A program made the position numbers and the translations under genes. The notes under the pieces were generated by a model, which saw only the letters and a program-made list of their open reading frames with translations, had not been told where the DNA came from and made no database searches. Positions 54,337 through 63,507 of a DNA stretch of 64,000 nt are shown here, in pieces (the first letter of the stretch is position 1; each line of letters begins with the position of its first letter). The DNA comes from Chloroflexota bacterium (lineage in GTDB: Bacteria > Chloroflexota > Anaerolineae > UBA1429), in assembly GCA_036774405.1 (NCBI GenBank), contig DAIPBO010000001.1:22968-86967 (forward strand), written 5' to 3'.

Positions 54337-54786
54337 TCACCTCCAGTGTTGCAGCTCGATCACGTTGCCTTCCGGATCGGCCGCGTAGCAAAAACGCAAC
54401 CGGCCCGCGCCTACGATGGTAGTCTCGACCATGCTGCCCACCAGCTGGCCACCTGCAGCAATCACAGCGGCCGCACCAGCATCGACATCATCCACGCAAA
54501 AGGCCAGATGTGCAAGCCCGGGCTGGTTCACGCCGCGCGCTGGCCGAGGCAGCTCGTGGCTGTAGGCAAAGATCTCGAGAGTGGGGCCGTCATCACCCCA
54601 GCCGGGCAGGCGCAGATGTACGCCCTGTACGCGTACATCGTCAATGCCCGTAGCGGCAGAGAACCAGTCGCCATGTAGATCGCGCTCCGGCGGCATAGGC
54701 GTGCAGCCAAGCGCCTGGCAGTAGAAAGCAGCCAGGCGGCGCCAGTCGCGGGCCACGATGTTGGTGTGTACGTAGCGGATCGGCAT
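54337..54786 (-). CDS. VOC family protein (glyoxalase/bleomycin-resistance fold)
   Basis: MPIRYVHTNIVARDWRRLAAFY...HLAFCVDD pattern. Confidence 0.7.
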   Translation of the reverse strand: MPIRYVHTNIVARDWRRLAAFYCQALGCTPMPPERDLHGDWFSAATGIDDVRVQGVHLRLPGWGDDGPTLEIFAYSHELPRPARGVNQPGLAHLAFCVDDVDAGAAAVIAAGGQLVGSMVETTIVGAGRLRFCYAADPEGNVIELQHWR

Positions 54787-54797
54787 CGTTGCGCTCC

Positions 54798-57569
54798 TTA
54801 CTCTACCTGGACGGTGGCTAGCGCCAGCCGACCATCGTCACCCGCAGCTGAGCTCAGCCGCTGTAGCGTTTCAGCGTCGTAGAGCCCCACCAGCAGCTGA
54901 TATTCGCCCGCTGGCAGGTGTGATGGCAGGGTCAGGTACTGTGGGTCGCTGACCACCTCATCCGCGAGCCAGCCCGAGGTGGGGCGCGTCCAATCGACGG
55001 GGGCGGCGTCGCGCTGCGCGACGATGGCGCCCGTCGCATCCACCAGGTGCACGAAGACTTTGTGGTCACTGGCCGGCTGTACCTGAGCCTGCCAGTGTAG
55101 CGTCAGTGGCAGCACATCACCTGCTCGGTAGGGGGCGGCTGGCAGGCTGTAGCCCAGCAAAAGGATCTCGCTGCCGAACAGGACGTCCACCGCCGCATCC
55201 ATGGGCGGCTCTTCAAATGAACGTTCTACCGCGTCGATGAGAATCTCGCCCAGCGGCCTGGTCGCTGCGCCCACATGCAGCACGAGTTGGTACGGGCCTG
55301 CTGGCGCGTCGCGCAGCGAGAGCGCATAGCGACCCTGCACCACCTCCTGGGGCTGCCACTGCGACGTGGGGTAACCAGGCGTCAGTGGATACGATTGTGC
55401 CCATGTCTCACGGCCGTTTGCATCAAGCAGTGCCAAAGTGATATCGACATCGCCCTCTGGGGTAGCCAGCGCCTGCCATAGCAGCTCTGTGGTGATGGTA
55501 TCGCCTTGGTGCGCCGACACGGGTGGGGCTTTGTGCTCGATGAGGCGCAGTACGCCTGGCAACATCTCTTCGTAACTGGCCTCGTGGGGTGCTTCGATAC
55601 TGCCCCCCTCGGGCGTGAGTGTGAACCAGCCGAGATCGACGTACGAGCCCGTCATCTCGCCTGCAACTACCACGGGAAAGGCCCCCAACCCACCCTCGCG
55701 ACTCATCAGTAACCGCGCCTGATAGCGTCCGGCAGGGATGCCCCGCGGCAACTCGAGCTCGTAGAGCTGATAGACGGTATCGCCCGGTTGCCACTGCTCG
55801 GGTATGTAGCCCAGTGAGGTCTTTTCCATCCAGCGCAAGCCCTGCTCATCATAGATGTGCAGCGACAGCACCCGTCCCGCGTCGGGGTGGGCTAGGGCGC
55901 GCCAGTGCAGCAGCAACCGCAATGGCTTGGTGCGCGGCATGGTGCGGTCGAGGCTCCAATCCAGCACTGCCAACTCATTGCCAAAGGCGGCATGGGCCGA
56001 CAGCTCGGCCTCGGCAGCCAACACATCGGGCGCAAGACGGAACACCCTGACCATTTCGTCGCCCCAGGGGCTATGCAACGGCTCCTCCTCTTGAGCCATA
56101 GCAAAGAGCCGATCGCGCAACTCTTGCCGCAGAGGGCTATCGTTGTAGGGCCAGAGGTAGATCACCTCGGCGCCGCCCCGGTTCGGTAGGGGCAGGGTCT
56201 TGTCGCCCACTGACCAGACCGCGTCCAGCGAGCGTGGCAGCAGATAGGCGCTGGTGGGGTGCTTGTAGTGCTGGGCAATCACCACCGGCACGCGACCGGC
56301 CTCCAGCTCTTGCACGGCGCGGCTGGCCACGAGCTCATAGGGGCCGTGCTCGTCGATGTAGACGTCGCTGCGTCGCGCCCATACGCCAAAGTAGTCTCGC
56401 GCAGCCACGGCGCCATCAAAGATCAGCAACAGCGCCACCAGGCCCGTCGGTAGCCAGCGCTTTAGGGCGGGCTGGCAGCGTTCGAGCAGGCGCCAGGCTT
56501 CGTCGAGCCCGAGTGCCACCAGGGCGAACACTGCGGGCATGATGCCCGACATTCGCTGCGACTGCGGCATGGCGTCATCAGTCAGAATGGCGGGCAGACA
56601 CATGCCCAGCAGCCAGATAGGCAGTAGCACGAGTTCCGTGCGTCGCCAATGGCGCAGGGCGCGCGCCAGTCCCCAGAACAGAAAGGGCGCCATCCAGAGC
56701 ATGAACGTGGGCCGCCCTGGCAGATTAAAGGTCGTTCTTGGGTCGCCCTGCACGACGAGGCCGCCCAACGTGGCCAGCAGGTTGCGCCCCAACAGCGCAG
56801 GGATCTGCGCGGGGGGCGTCTGGGTAAACACCAGCACCTGGCCGGCCCGCTCGAGGAAATCCTCAGGGTGCAGGTAAAAGTGTGCCCCCAAGGGCGCGAA
56901 CACGGCCAGACAGGCCAGCACGGCCAACACCCAACCCTGCCAGCGCGACAACGTGTGGCGCGGCTCGATGATCAACGTATAGAGTGCCCACAGCGCCACG
57001 GTGACAGGCCACAAGCGTGCGGCCAGATAGGTCCACAGTACGAGTCCGATAAAGGCGCCACCCAACGCCATGCGCCAACGCGAGCCAGCCCGATACCCCG
57101 TTAGCAGATAGTACGCTGCCAGGCATTCGACGGGTGGAATGAGCACGTTGGGATAGCCCGCGCGACTGACCGAAAGATGCCAGTAAGAGATGGCCGTGAG
57201 CGTTGCTGTAAGCAGCCCTATGCGCTGTCCATACAACCTGGCAAAGAGCAGGTAGGCCAACGGAATGGTGACGATGCCGATCAGTGCCGAGGTCAAACGC
57301 AGGGTCCAGTCGCTCGACTCTAGCAGCGCAAAGATGCCCGCCATGATGTACATATAGAGCGGCTCGCGCCCTGTGTAGGCCGAAAAGTAGACCGGCCAGT
57401 TGCCAGGGCCAATCTCGCGGGCCATCAGGCCATAGACGGCCTCGTCGAAATGGAGTGCGGGCGGCGCCGCTGTCAGCGTGACGAGGCGCAAAAAGGCCCC
57501 CAACGCCGTGATCATCGCCAGCCAAAGCCCCGCCCGCGCCACTGCGCGTGGCTCGATCTCTTTGAGCAT
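54798..57569 (-). CDS. GT39/ArnT-like (GT-C) membrane glycosyltransferase with a large C-terminal extracytoplasmic domain
   Basis: HFDEAVYGLMAREI DE motif in the first loop. More than 10 TM helices, then about 450 aa of soluble domain. Start ATG 57567-57569 after GAGGAG. Confidence 0.65.
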   Translation of the reverse strand: MLKEIEPRAVARAGLWLAMITALGAFLRLVTLTAAPPALHFDEAVYGLMAREIGPGNWPVYFSAYTGREPLYMYIMAGIFALLESSDWTLRLTSALIGIVTIPLAYLLFARLYGQRIGLLTATLTAISYWHLSVSRAGYPNVLIPPVECLAAYYLLTGYRAGSRWRMALGGAFIGLVLWTYLAARLWPVTVALWALYTLIIEPRHTLSRWQGWVLAVLACLAVFAPLGAHFYLHPEDFLERAGQVLVFTQTPPAQIPALLGRNLLATLGGLVVQGDPRTTFNLPGRPTFMLWMAPFLFWGLARALRHWRRTELVLLPIWLLGMCLPAILTDDAMPQSQRMSGIMPAVFALVALGLDEAWRLLERCQPALKRWLPTGLVALLLIFDGAVAARDYFGVWARRSDVYIDEHGPYELVASRAVQELEAGRVPVVIAQHYKHPTSAYLLPRSLDAVWSVGDKTLPLPNRGGAEVIYLWPYNDSPLRQELRDRLFAMAQEEEPLHSPWGDEMVRVFRLAPDVLAAEAELSAHAAFGNELAVLDWSLDRTMPRTKPLRLLLHWRALAHPDAGRVLSLHIYDEQGLRWMEKTSLGYIPEQWQPGDTVYQLYELELPRGIPAGRYQARLLMSREGGLGAFPVVVAGEMTGSYVDLGWFTLTPEGGSIEAPHEASYEEMLPGVLRLIEHKAPPVSAHQGDTITTELLWQALATPEGDVDITLALLDANGRETWAQSYPLTPGYPTSQWQPQEVVQGRYALSLRDAPAGPYQLVLHVGAATRPLGEILIDAVERSFEEPPMDAAVDVLFGSEILLLGYSLPAAPYRAGDVLPLTLHWQAQVQPASDHKVFVHLVDATGAIVAQRDAAPVDWTRPTSGWLADEVVSDPQYLTLPSHLPAGEYQLLVGLYDAETLQRLSSAAGDDGRLALATVQVE

Positions 57570-57650
57570 CGCTCGCTCCTCGCCCGAGTTCACCCCTCAG
57601 GATAAATGAAAGGGTCGGCGGCGGCAAGGTTCGGCCCCATTGCTCGCCCT

Positions 57651-57679
57651 TTGACAGAGACGTACTCGCGGTCATAATG
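57651..57679 (+). promoter_or_regulatory. promoter of the MFS gene (TTGACA-16/17-CATAAT)
   Basis: -35 57651-57656, -10 57673-57678. AAGAGGAG Shine-Dalgarno sequence, ATG 57708. Confidence 0.45.
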
Positions 57680-57707
57680 CTGACTAGCTCGACACAAGAG
57701 GAGTGTC

Positions 57708-59003
57708 ATGACCAACCTGGTCCTCCTGACGATCATCGGCTTTATCCTGTTCATGTCGCGAGGCGTGGTGGGCCCTGTCAGCTCGCTTTACGCCCAGGAG
57801 CTGGGCGCCAGCTACGTGTTGTTGAGCGTGCTGGGCACGACCACCTCAGTGTTCACCGTCATCGCCTCGTATATGTGGGGGCGTAGCTCTGATGTGATGG
57901 GTAGTCGCAAGACGTTTATGCTGGGCGGCCTGGGCGTGCTTGCAGTCGAGTCTACGCTCACCGCGATGATCCCCGTCTTTGCCCCTCTACTGGGCGCTGT
58001 GCAGCCCTTTGTCTGGCTTTTTCCACTGCGGCTGCTCGGCACTATCGGCACTGCCGCCTACTCTACGGCCAACCTGGCCATGCTGGGCGATCTGCTCGAG
58101 TCGCACGCGAGCGGGAGGGGCCAGCGTATGGGCTGGGTGCGGGGCAGCTCATCGGCCGGTTTTGGGTTGATGGCTTTTACGGCCGGCAAAATCGCCGACA
58201 CCTTTGCCATCAACATCCCCTACTATATCTCAGCAGCGCTGCTGGCGCTGGCCTTTGTCCTCGCGGTGGCGCTCAAAGAGGAACGCTTCAAGCGTGAAAA
58301 GGCGGCGGGAAGCTTTGAGTGGCATTCGGCGTGGCAGGCATTTCTCGCGCGCTTTCGTGATGCCTGGGCGGTGATCGCCGGCAACGACGACGCTTTTGAC
58401 GGCGATACCGTCAGCACGGGCCCCAAGCTGCCATTGGCGCCGCTGTTGATCTCGTCGTTCCTGTTCTCGCTGATGATGGGCTCAGTCTACGAGGTGTGGG
58501 CCAACTACATGAAGCACGAGGCGGGGTTCACTACCACCGTGGTGACCATGCTCTGGGCCACTGCCTCGACGTCCGAGTTTCCCTTTATGATCCTGGGGGG
58601 CTGGCTGTCTGACCGGGTAGGACGCCTGCCTATGCTCAGCTTGGGCTTTTTGGGCTGGGCCATCGTGATCACAGGCTATATTGTGGTGCCGGTGATGCCC
58701 TGGATCGTGGTCATACAGCTCATCCGCGGCCTGGCCTTCTCAGCAGTTACCGCCACTGCCATGACCTATGCTGCTGAGGCCCGCGGACGATCGCAGCGTG
58801 GACAGGTGGCGGGCCTCTATGGCGCTATGGGCGGTGTGGGCTCCATCCTGGGAGCAGCGATGGGTGGCACTCTGACAGCGTGGGTGAGTTTTCACTTTAT
58901 GTTTGGCGTGGCCACAGTAGCGATGCTGGCCGGCGCCGCGTACTTTGCCGTGGTAGAGTGGCGGCGGCGGCAGACGGCCTTGACCGCGCCTGTTCAGTCA
59001 TAG
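57708..59003 (+). CDS. MFS transporter
   Basis: 12 TM helices. GRSSDVMGSRK and DRVGRLP motif-A-like loops. Confidence 0.75.
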   Translation: MTNLVLLTIIGFILFMSRGVVGPVSSLYAQELGASYVLLSVLGTTTSVFTVIASYMWGRSSDVMGSRKTFMLGGLGVLAVESTLTAMIPVFAPLLGAVQPFVWLFPLRLLGTIGTAAYSTANLAMLGDLLESHASGRGQRMGWVRGSSSAGFGLMAFTAGKIADTFAINIPYYISAALLALAFVLAVALKEERFKREKAAGSFEWHSAWQAFLARFRDAWAVIAGNDDAFDGDTVSTGPKLPLAPLLISSFLFSLMMGSVYEVWANYMKHEAGFTTTVVTMLWATASTSEFPFMILGGWLSDRVGRLPMLSLGFLGWAIVITGYIVVPVMPWIVVIQLIRGLAFSAVTATAMTYAAEARGRSQRGQVAGLYGAMGGVGSILGAAMGGTLTAWVSFHFMFGVATVAMLAGAAYFAVVEWRRRQTALTAPVQS

Positions 59004-59014
59004 TAGGTCGGCCA

Positions 59015-59200
59015 ATGTCTGCTGGGCAGTGGATCACGTTGGTGGCGGTAGGGTTTGCCGGGCTCTGGTTCGTCTGGTGGTGGCGGCACCGCGGCGAGCA
59101 GGATGTGTTCATGCCGCCTGTGGGGGCTGCCACCCCGCCGACCGAAGAGGGGCAAAATGGCGATGAAACAGCTGATGCCTCGGCAGTCGAGGGTGAGTGA
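59015..59200 (+). CDS. small single-TM protein (61 aa)
   Basis: MSAGQWITLVAVGFAGLWFVWWWRHRGEQ... Weak Shine-Dalgarno sequence. Confidence 0.3.
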   Translation: MSAGQWITLVAVGFAGLWFVWWWRHRGEQDVFMPPVGAATPPTEEGQNGDETADASAVEGE

Positions 59201-59224
59201 GGGCGCATAGCGTAAGAGGTGGAA

Positions 59225-60088
59225 ATGGCCGCTGTGTTCGAGCTCGTGAGACTGATCGACCGTATTCTGCCGCCCGAGCCTTGGGCTGAAGGCGACAATA
59301 TCCCCTGGGATGAGCCCGAGTTCAGCCAGCGCATGCTGGCCGAGCATCTGTCGCAAGCGCACGATCATGCGAGCCGCCGTGCTGCCAAGATCGACCTTCA
59401 GGTGCAATGGATACACCAGGAGCTGCTTGGCGGCCGACGTGCGCACGTGCTCGACCTTGCCTGTGGCCCTGGCCTCTATGCCCTGCGGCTGGCTGGGCTG
59501 GGGCACACCTGCCATGGCATCGACTTTAGCCCCGCTTCCATCGCCTATGCCCGCGAACAGGCGGGCGCTGCGCCCTGCGAGTACGTGCTCGGAGACGTTC
59601 GCCATACGCCCTATGGCGGTCCGTACGATCTGGTGATGATGCTGTTTGGCCAGCTCAACGTGTTTCGGCCCGACGAGGCCAGAGATATCGTTGAGCGCGC
59701 CTATGCCGCCCTGCGCCCTGGTGGGCTCTTGTTGCTCGAGCCTCACACTTATGAGGGTGTGGTCAGCATCGCTGGCCACGGTGGCGGACGACGAGACTGG
59801 TCGGCATCGAACCGAGGTCTTTTTTCCGCCCAGCCTCACCTGCTGCTCACTGAGGCGTTCTGGGACGGCGAACAGAACGTCGCGACCGAGCGATTCTATG
59901 TCATTGATGCCGCTACCGGCCGCATCACGCGCAGTGCGCTGAGCACGCAGGCCTACAGTAGCGAGCAGTACATGGCGCTGCTCGAGGGCGCCGGGTTTGT
60001 TGGGCTGACATTCTATCCCTCGTTACTCGGTGAGCCCGATCCCGAGCAGAGCGCGCTCCTGGCTATCACAGCGCGCCGCTCGGCCTGA
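59225..60088 (+). CDS. class I SAM-dependent methyltransferase
   Basis: VLDLACGPGLYALRLAGLGHTCHGIDFSPASIAYARE. Confidence 0.7.
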   Translation: MAAVFELVRLIDRILPPEPWAEGDNIPWDEPEFSQRMLAEHLSQAHDHASRRAAKIDLQVQWIHQELLGGRRAHVLDLACGPGLYALRLAGLGHTCHGIDFSPASIAYAREQAGAAPCEYVLGDVRHTPYGGPYDLVMMLFGQLNVFRPDEARDIVERAYAALRPGGLLLLEPHTYEGVVSIAGHGGGRRDWSASNRGLFSAQPHLLLTEAFWDGEQNVATERFYVIDAATGRITRSALSTQAYSSEQYMALLEGAGFVGLTFYPSLLGEPDPEQSALLAITARRSA

Positions 60089-60114
60089 TCACCATCTGCT
60101 GTTGGGAGGTCGCG

Positions 60115-60987
60115 ATGCACAAGACACCTCGTCTGGCCGGGCCGTGGGTCAACGTGTACCAGCCACAACCCGCCACTTATCCGGGGCCCGATTCGCCCAC
60201 CTTTCGCGCTGGCCAACGCTACGAAAGCTGGGTGCCCAACGACTTTACCGTGCTCGCCGGCCCCGACGGCCGCTGGCATGCCCTGGGCATCACCCATCCC
60301 GAGGGCGGCGCCACAGTGCACGAGGCCGAGTGGCTTGCCTTTCACGCGGCCGCGCCGGTGGGCGCCTTTGCCGAGCATTTGCACGTGGGCGCCTGGGAGC
60401 AGATGCCTCACCTGCTGCCACCCGGCGAGCGGCCCGGCGAGCGGCCAGAGCTGTGGGCGCCTTTCTGCTATGCTCACGAGGACACCTACTATCTCTACTA
60501 TGGGCCCACCGAGATGCGCCTGGCCACCTCGAACGATCTCTATCACTGGCAGCCGCAGGGCGTGGTCTTTGGAGGAGAAGAGGGCGCGCGTGACCCCTGT
60601 GTGGTGTGGCACCATGGGCGCCATCTGATGGTGTACATCGCCGGCCATACGCTCTATGCGCGCGAGTCGGATGATCTGCGTCACTGGGATGAGCGACGGG
60701 TCATCTATACGCTAGACCGCCCTGGCTCGCCCGAGTCTCCCTACCTGGTACTGCGCCCCGAGGGCAACTATCTCTTTTACTGCATCTACGATGGCACCAA
60801 TACCGACTATGACGATCGTACCAGCGTGCTGTTCAGCGAGACGGTCGACTTTACGCAGGCCCCGGTGGTGGCCGAACTGCGCGCTCATGCCCCCGAGGTG
60901 ATTTGCGACGAGTGCGGCGACTGGTACCTGGCCAGCGTCGAGCGGCCCTATCGCGGTGTGAGTGTGGCACCATTGGCCTGGGTCTGA
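60115..60987 (+). CDS. glycoside hydrolase, five-bladed beta-propeller (GH43/GH32-like)
   Basis: ARDPCVVWHHGRHLMVY and repeated aromatic/Asp blade motifs. No signal peptide. Confidence 0.5.
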   Translation: MHKTPRLAGPWVNVYQPQPATYPGPDSPTFRAGQRYESWVPNDFTVLAGPDGRWHALGITHPEGGATVHEAEWLAFHAAAPVGAFAEHLHVGAWEQMPHLLPPGERPGERPELWAPFCYAHEDTYYLYYGPTEMRLATSNDLYHWQPQGVVFGGEEGARDPCVVWHHGRHLMVYIAGHTLYARESDDLRHWDERRVIYTLDRPGSPESPYLVLRPEGNYLFYCIYDGTNTDYDDRTSVLFSETVDFTQAPVVAELRAHAPEVICDECGDWYLASVERPYRGVSVAPLAWV

Positions 60988-61003
60988 TGGCACGGAAGGA
61001 GAG

Positions 61004-62257
61004 ATGGCTGAACGATCGCTCCGTGGCTTGCCGCGCAACATCTGGGCGGTGAGCCTGACCAGCTTTTTCATGGACGTCTCGTCAGAGATGGTGCTGAACG
61101 TGCTGCCCCTCTTTTTGAGCACGGTGCTGGGCACGCCCACGGCTATCATCGGGTTGATCGAGGGGTTGGCCGAGGCGACGGCCAGCGTGCTCAAGGTGTT
61201 CTCGGGCTGGCTGTCTGACCGGCTGGGCAGCCGCAAGTGGCTGGCCGTGGCCGGGTATGGCATCTCGGCACTGTCCAAGCCATTCTTTTACATCTCGGGC
61301 AGTTGGAGCACGGTGCTGGCCGCTCGCTGGAGCGACCGCGTGGGCAAAGGCGTGCGCACCGCTCCGCGTGATGCGCTGGTGGCCGATTCGGTGACGCCGT
61401 CACAGCGCGGCCTCGCCTTTGGCCTTCATCGCGCAGCCGACACGGCCGGCGCCATGCTGGGCCTGCTCATCGCCTTGCTGGTGGTGTTGCTGGCGCGCAA
61501 CCCCGGCGGCGAGCTCACCCGCTCGACCTTCCGGACGCTGGTGCTCATCAGCCTGGCGCCCGCCGCCATCGCTGTGCTGTCTCTGGCGATCGGCGCTCGC
61601 GAGGTCAAGCCTGAGGGGCCGCGTGCGCGCGTCGCGGTGAGCTTCAGAGGCTTGGGCCAGCCCTTTCTGGTGTTCATGCTGATCGTGGGCCTGTTCGACC
61701 TCGGCAACTCCTCAGATGCCTTCCTGGTGCTGCGCGCCCAGGAGCGTGGCCTGGAGCTGCCGGGCATCTTGGGCATGCTGATCACGTTCAATCTGATCTA
61801 CACTCTGGTGTCGGCTCCGGCCGGGGCCCTCTCAGACCGGGTGGGGCGCCGCAAGCTGATCGTTGGGGGCTGGCTGGCATACGCGGCGATCTATCTGGGC
61901 TTTGCCCTGGCAGGCGCCGGGTGGCACGTGTGGGCGCTCTATGGCCTCTATGGCATCTACTATGGGCTGGCCTATGGCACGGCCAAGGCTATGGTGGCCG
62001 ACCTGGTGCCGGTGGCGCTGCGCGGCACAGCCTTTGGCGCCTACAACTTTGTGCTGGGCCTGCTCGACCTGCCGGCCTCGCTCATCGCGGGTCTGCTGTG
62101 GCAGGGCGCGGGGCGCTGGTCGGGGTTTGGCGCCGCTGCGCCTTTTTACTTTGGCGCAGGAGCGGCGCTGCTGGCCAGTCTGCTGCTCATGGCATGGAAG
62201 CCACCCCAGGCCGTGGCTCCTCAGTCGCAAAAGCAGTCTCTAGCGGAGGTATCGTGA
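61004..62257 (+). CDS. MFS transporter
   Basis: 12 TM helices, GWLSDRLGSRK motif A. ATG 61004 after GGAAGGAGAG. Confidence 0.75.
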   Translation: MAERSLRGLPRNIWAVSLTSFFMDVSSEMVLNVLPLFLSTVLGTPTAIIGLIEGLAEATASVLKVFSGWLSDRLGSRKWLAVAGYGISALSKPFFYISGSWSTVLAARWSDRVGKGVRTAPRDALVADSVTPSQRGLAFGLHRAADTAGAMLGLLIALLVVLLARNPGGELTRSTFRTLVLISLAPAAIAVLSLAIGAREVKPEGPRARVAVSFRGLGQPFLVFMLIVGLFDLGNSSDAFLVLRAQERGLELPGILGMLITFNLIYTLVSAPAGALSDRVGRRKLIVGGWLAYAAIYLGFALAGAGWHVWALYGLYGIYYGLAYGTAKAMVADLVPVALRGTAFGAYNFVLGLLDLPASLIAGLLWQGAGRWSGFGAAAPFYFGAGAALLASLLLMAWKPPQAVAPQSQKQSLAEVS

Positions 62258-63438
62258 TGACCGTGAAACTGGATGCGCAGCGGCTCGAGGCCGCCGCGAC
62301 CCCGGCGCTGCAGGCTCTGATCGATAACCAGACCTACGCAGGCTTTGGCGCGGCGGTCTGGCAAGGGGGCGATCTTTTCTACGAGCGCTACCTTGGTCGC
62401 AGTGACCGTGAGGCCGATGTCGCCTGCAACCACGACACCATTGTACGCATCTACTCGATGAGCAAGCCCATCACCGGCGCGCTGTTGGCCATCTTGTGGG
62501 ATCGCGGTCTCTGGCAGATCGATGACCCAGTCGCCCAGTACATCCCCGAGTTCGCAGACACGCGCGTGTATGTTAGCGGCGGGCCTAGTGACTATCGCAC
62601 TGAGCCTGCCACGACGACGATGACGTTGCGGCACCTGTTCACGCACACGGCCGGCCTCTCGTACGGCTTTGACGAGAACGATCCGGTCGATCAGATCTAC
62701 CATGAGGGGGCTCCGGCAGGCTATCTTGACGGCAGCTACAATCCCGACCTGAGAGAGTTTGTAGCCATGCTGGCGCAACTGCCGCTTCGTTCTAACCCCG
62801 GCACAGCGTATCACTACTCATTCGCCATCGATGTGCTGGGGCGCGTAGCTGAGGTCATCACGGGGAGCTCGTTCCGTAACCTGCTGCGCGCCCTTCTGTT
62901 CGAGCCGCTGGGCATGGCCGACACCGATTTCACCGTCGATGATGCCAGGCTCGCCCGGTTTGCTCCCTGTTACAGTCCTACCGCCAGCGGCGGTCTGACG
63001 CGCATGACCGGCCAGGGTGACGCACGCTACCGCCCCGGTTACCGTCTCTGGTCGGGGGGCGGCGGGCTTACCTCGACGCTGTACGACTATGGCCGCTTTC
63101 TGCGCATGCTGCTCAACGGCGGCGAGTTGGATGGCGTCCGCGTGCTCAGCCCAGAGGCGGTACGCTACATGATGACTGATCATCTGCCCTCGGCGCTGCT
63201 GCCCTTTGAGGCCAACAGCCCGGGTGTGGGCTATGGCCTGTGCGGTTCGGTACGTGTGGCCCAAGACCCCGCGAATCCCTGGGAACCCGTGGGTGTCTAT
63301 CGCTGGGCCGGCGCTGCCTCGACTACCATGTGGGTCGATCCCAGCAACGGCATCGCAGGTATCACCACGCCCCAGTTGATGCCGGGGAACATGGCGGCTG
63401 GCGACATCTTGCGGCAGAGGGTGTACGAGTCTGCCTGA
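62257..63438 (+). CDS. serine hydrolase, beta-lactamase/transpeptidase fold (class C / EstB-like)
   Basis: IYSMSKPIT SxxK motif, YHYSFAIDVLG Y(x)N-like motif. ATG 62257 overlaps the MFS stop. Confidence 0.75.
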   Translation: MTVKLDAQRLEAAATPALQALIDNQTYAGFGAAVWQGGDLFYERYLGRSDREADVACNHDTIVRIYSMSKPITGALLAILWDRGLWQIDDPVAQYIPEFADTRVYVSGGPSDYRTEPATTTMTLRHLFTHTAGLSYGFDENDPVDQIYHEGAPAGYLDGSYNPDLREFVAMLAQLPLRSNPGTAYHYSFAIDVLGRVAEVITGSSFRNLLRALLFEPLGMADTDFTVDDARLARFAPCYSPTASGGLTRMTGQGDARYRPGYRLWSGGGGLTSTLYDYGRFLRMLLNGGELDGVRVLSPEAVRYMMTDHLPSALLPFEANSPGVGYGLCGSVRVAQDPANPWEPVGVYRWAGAASTTMWVDPSNGIAGITTPQLMPGNMAAGDILRQRVYESA

Positions 63439-63466
63439 ATAGGTGCGACCTGTGAGCCCAGGATGT

Positions 63467-63500
63467 AGGGCCACCCCCTTGAGGGTGGCCCTGTGGGTTT
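63467..63500. terminator. bidirectional terminator hairpin
   Basis: AGGGCCACCC-6 nt-GGGTGGCCCT 10-bp stem followed by GTGGGTTT, between convergent stops at 63438 and 63508. Confidence 0.55.
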
Positions 63501-63507
63501 CGTCGCG

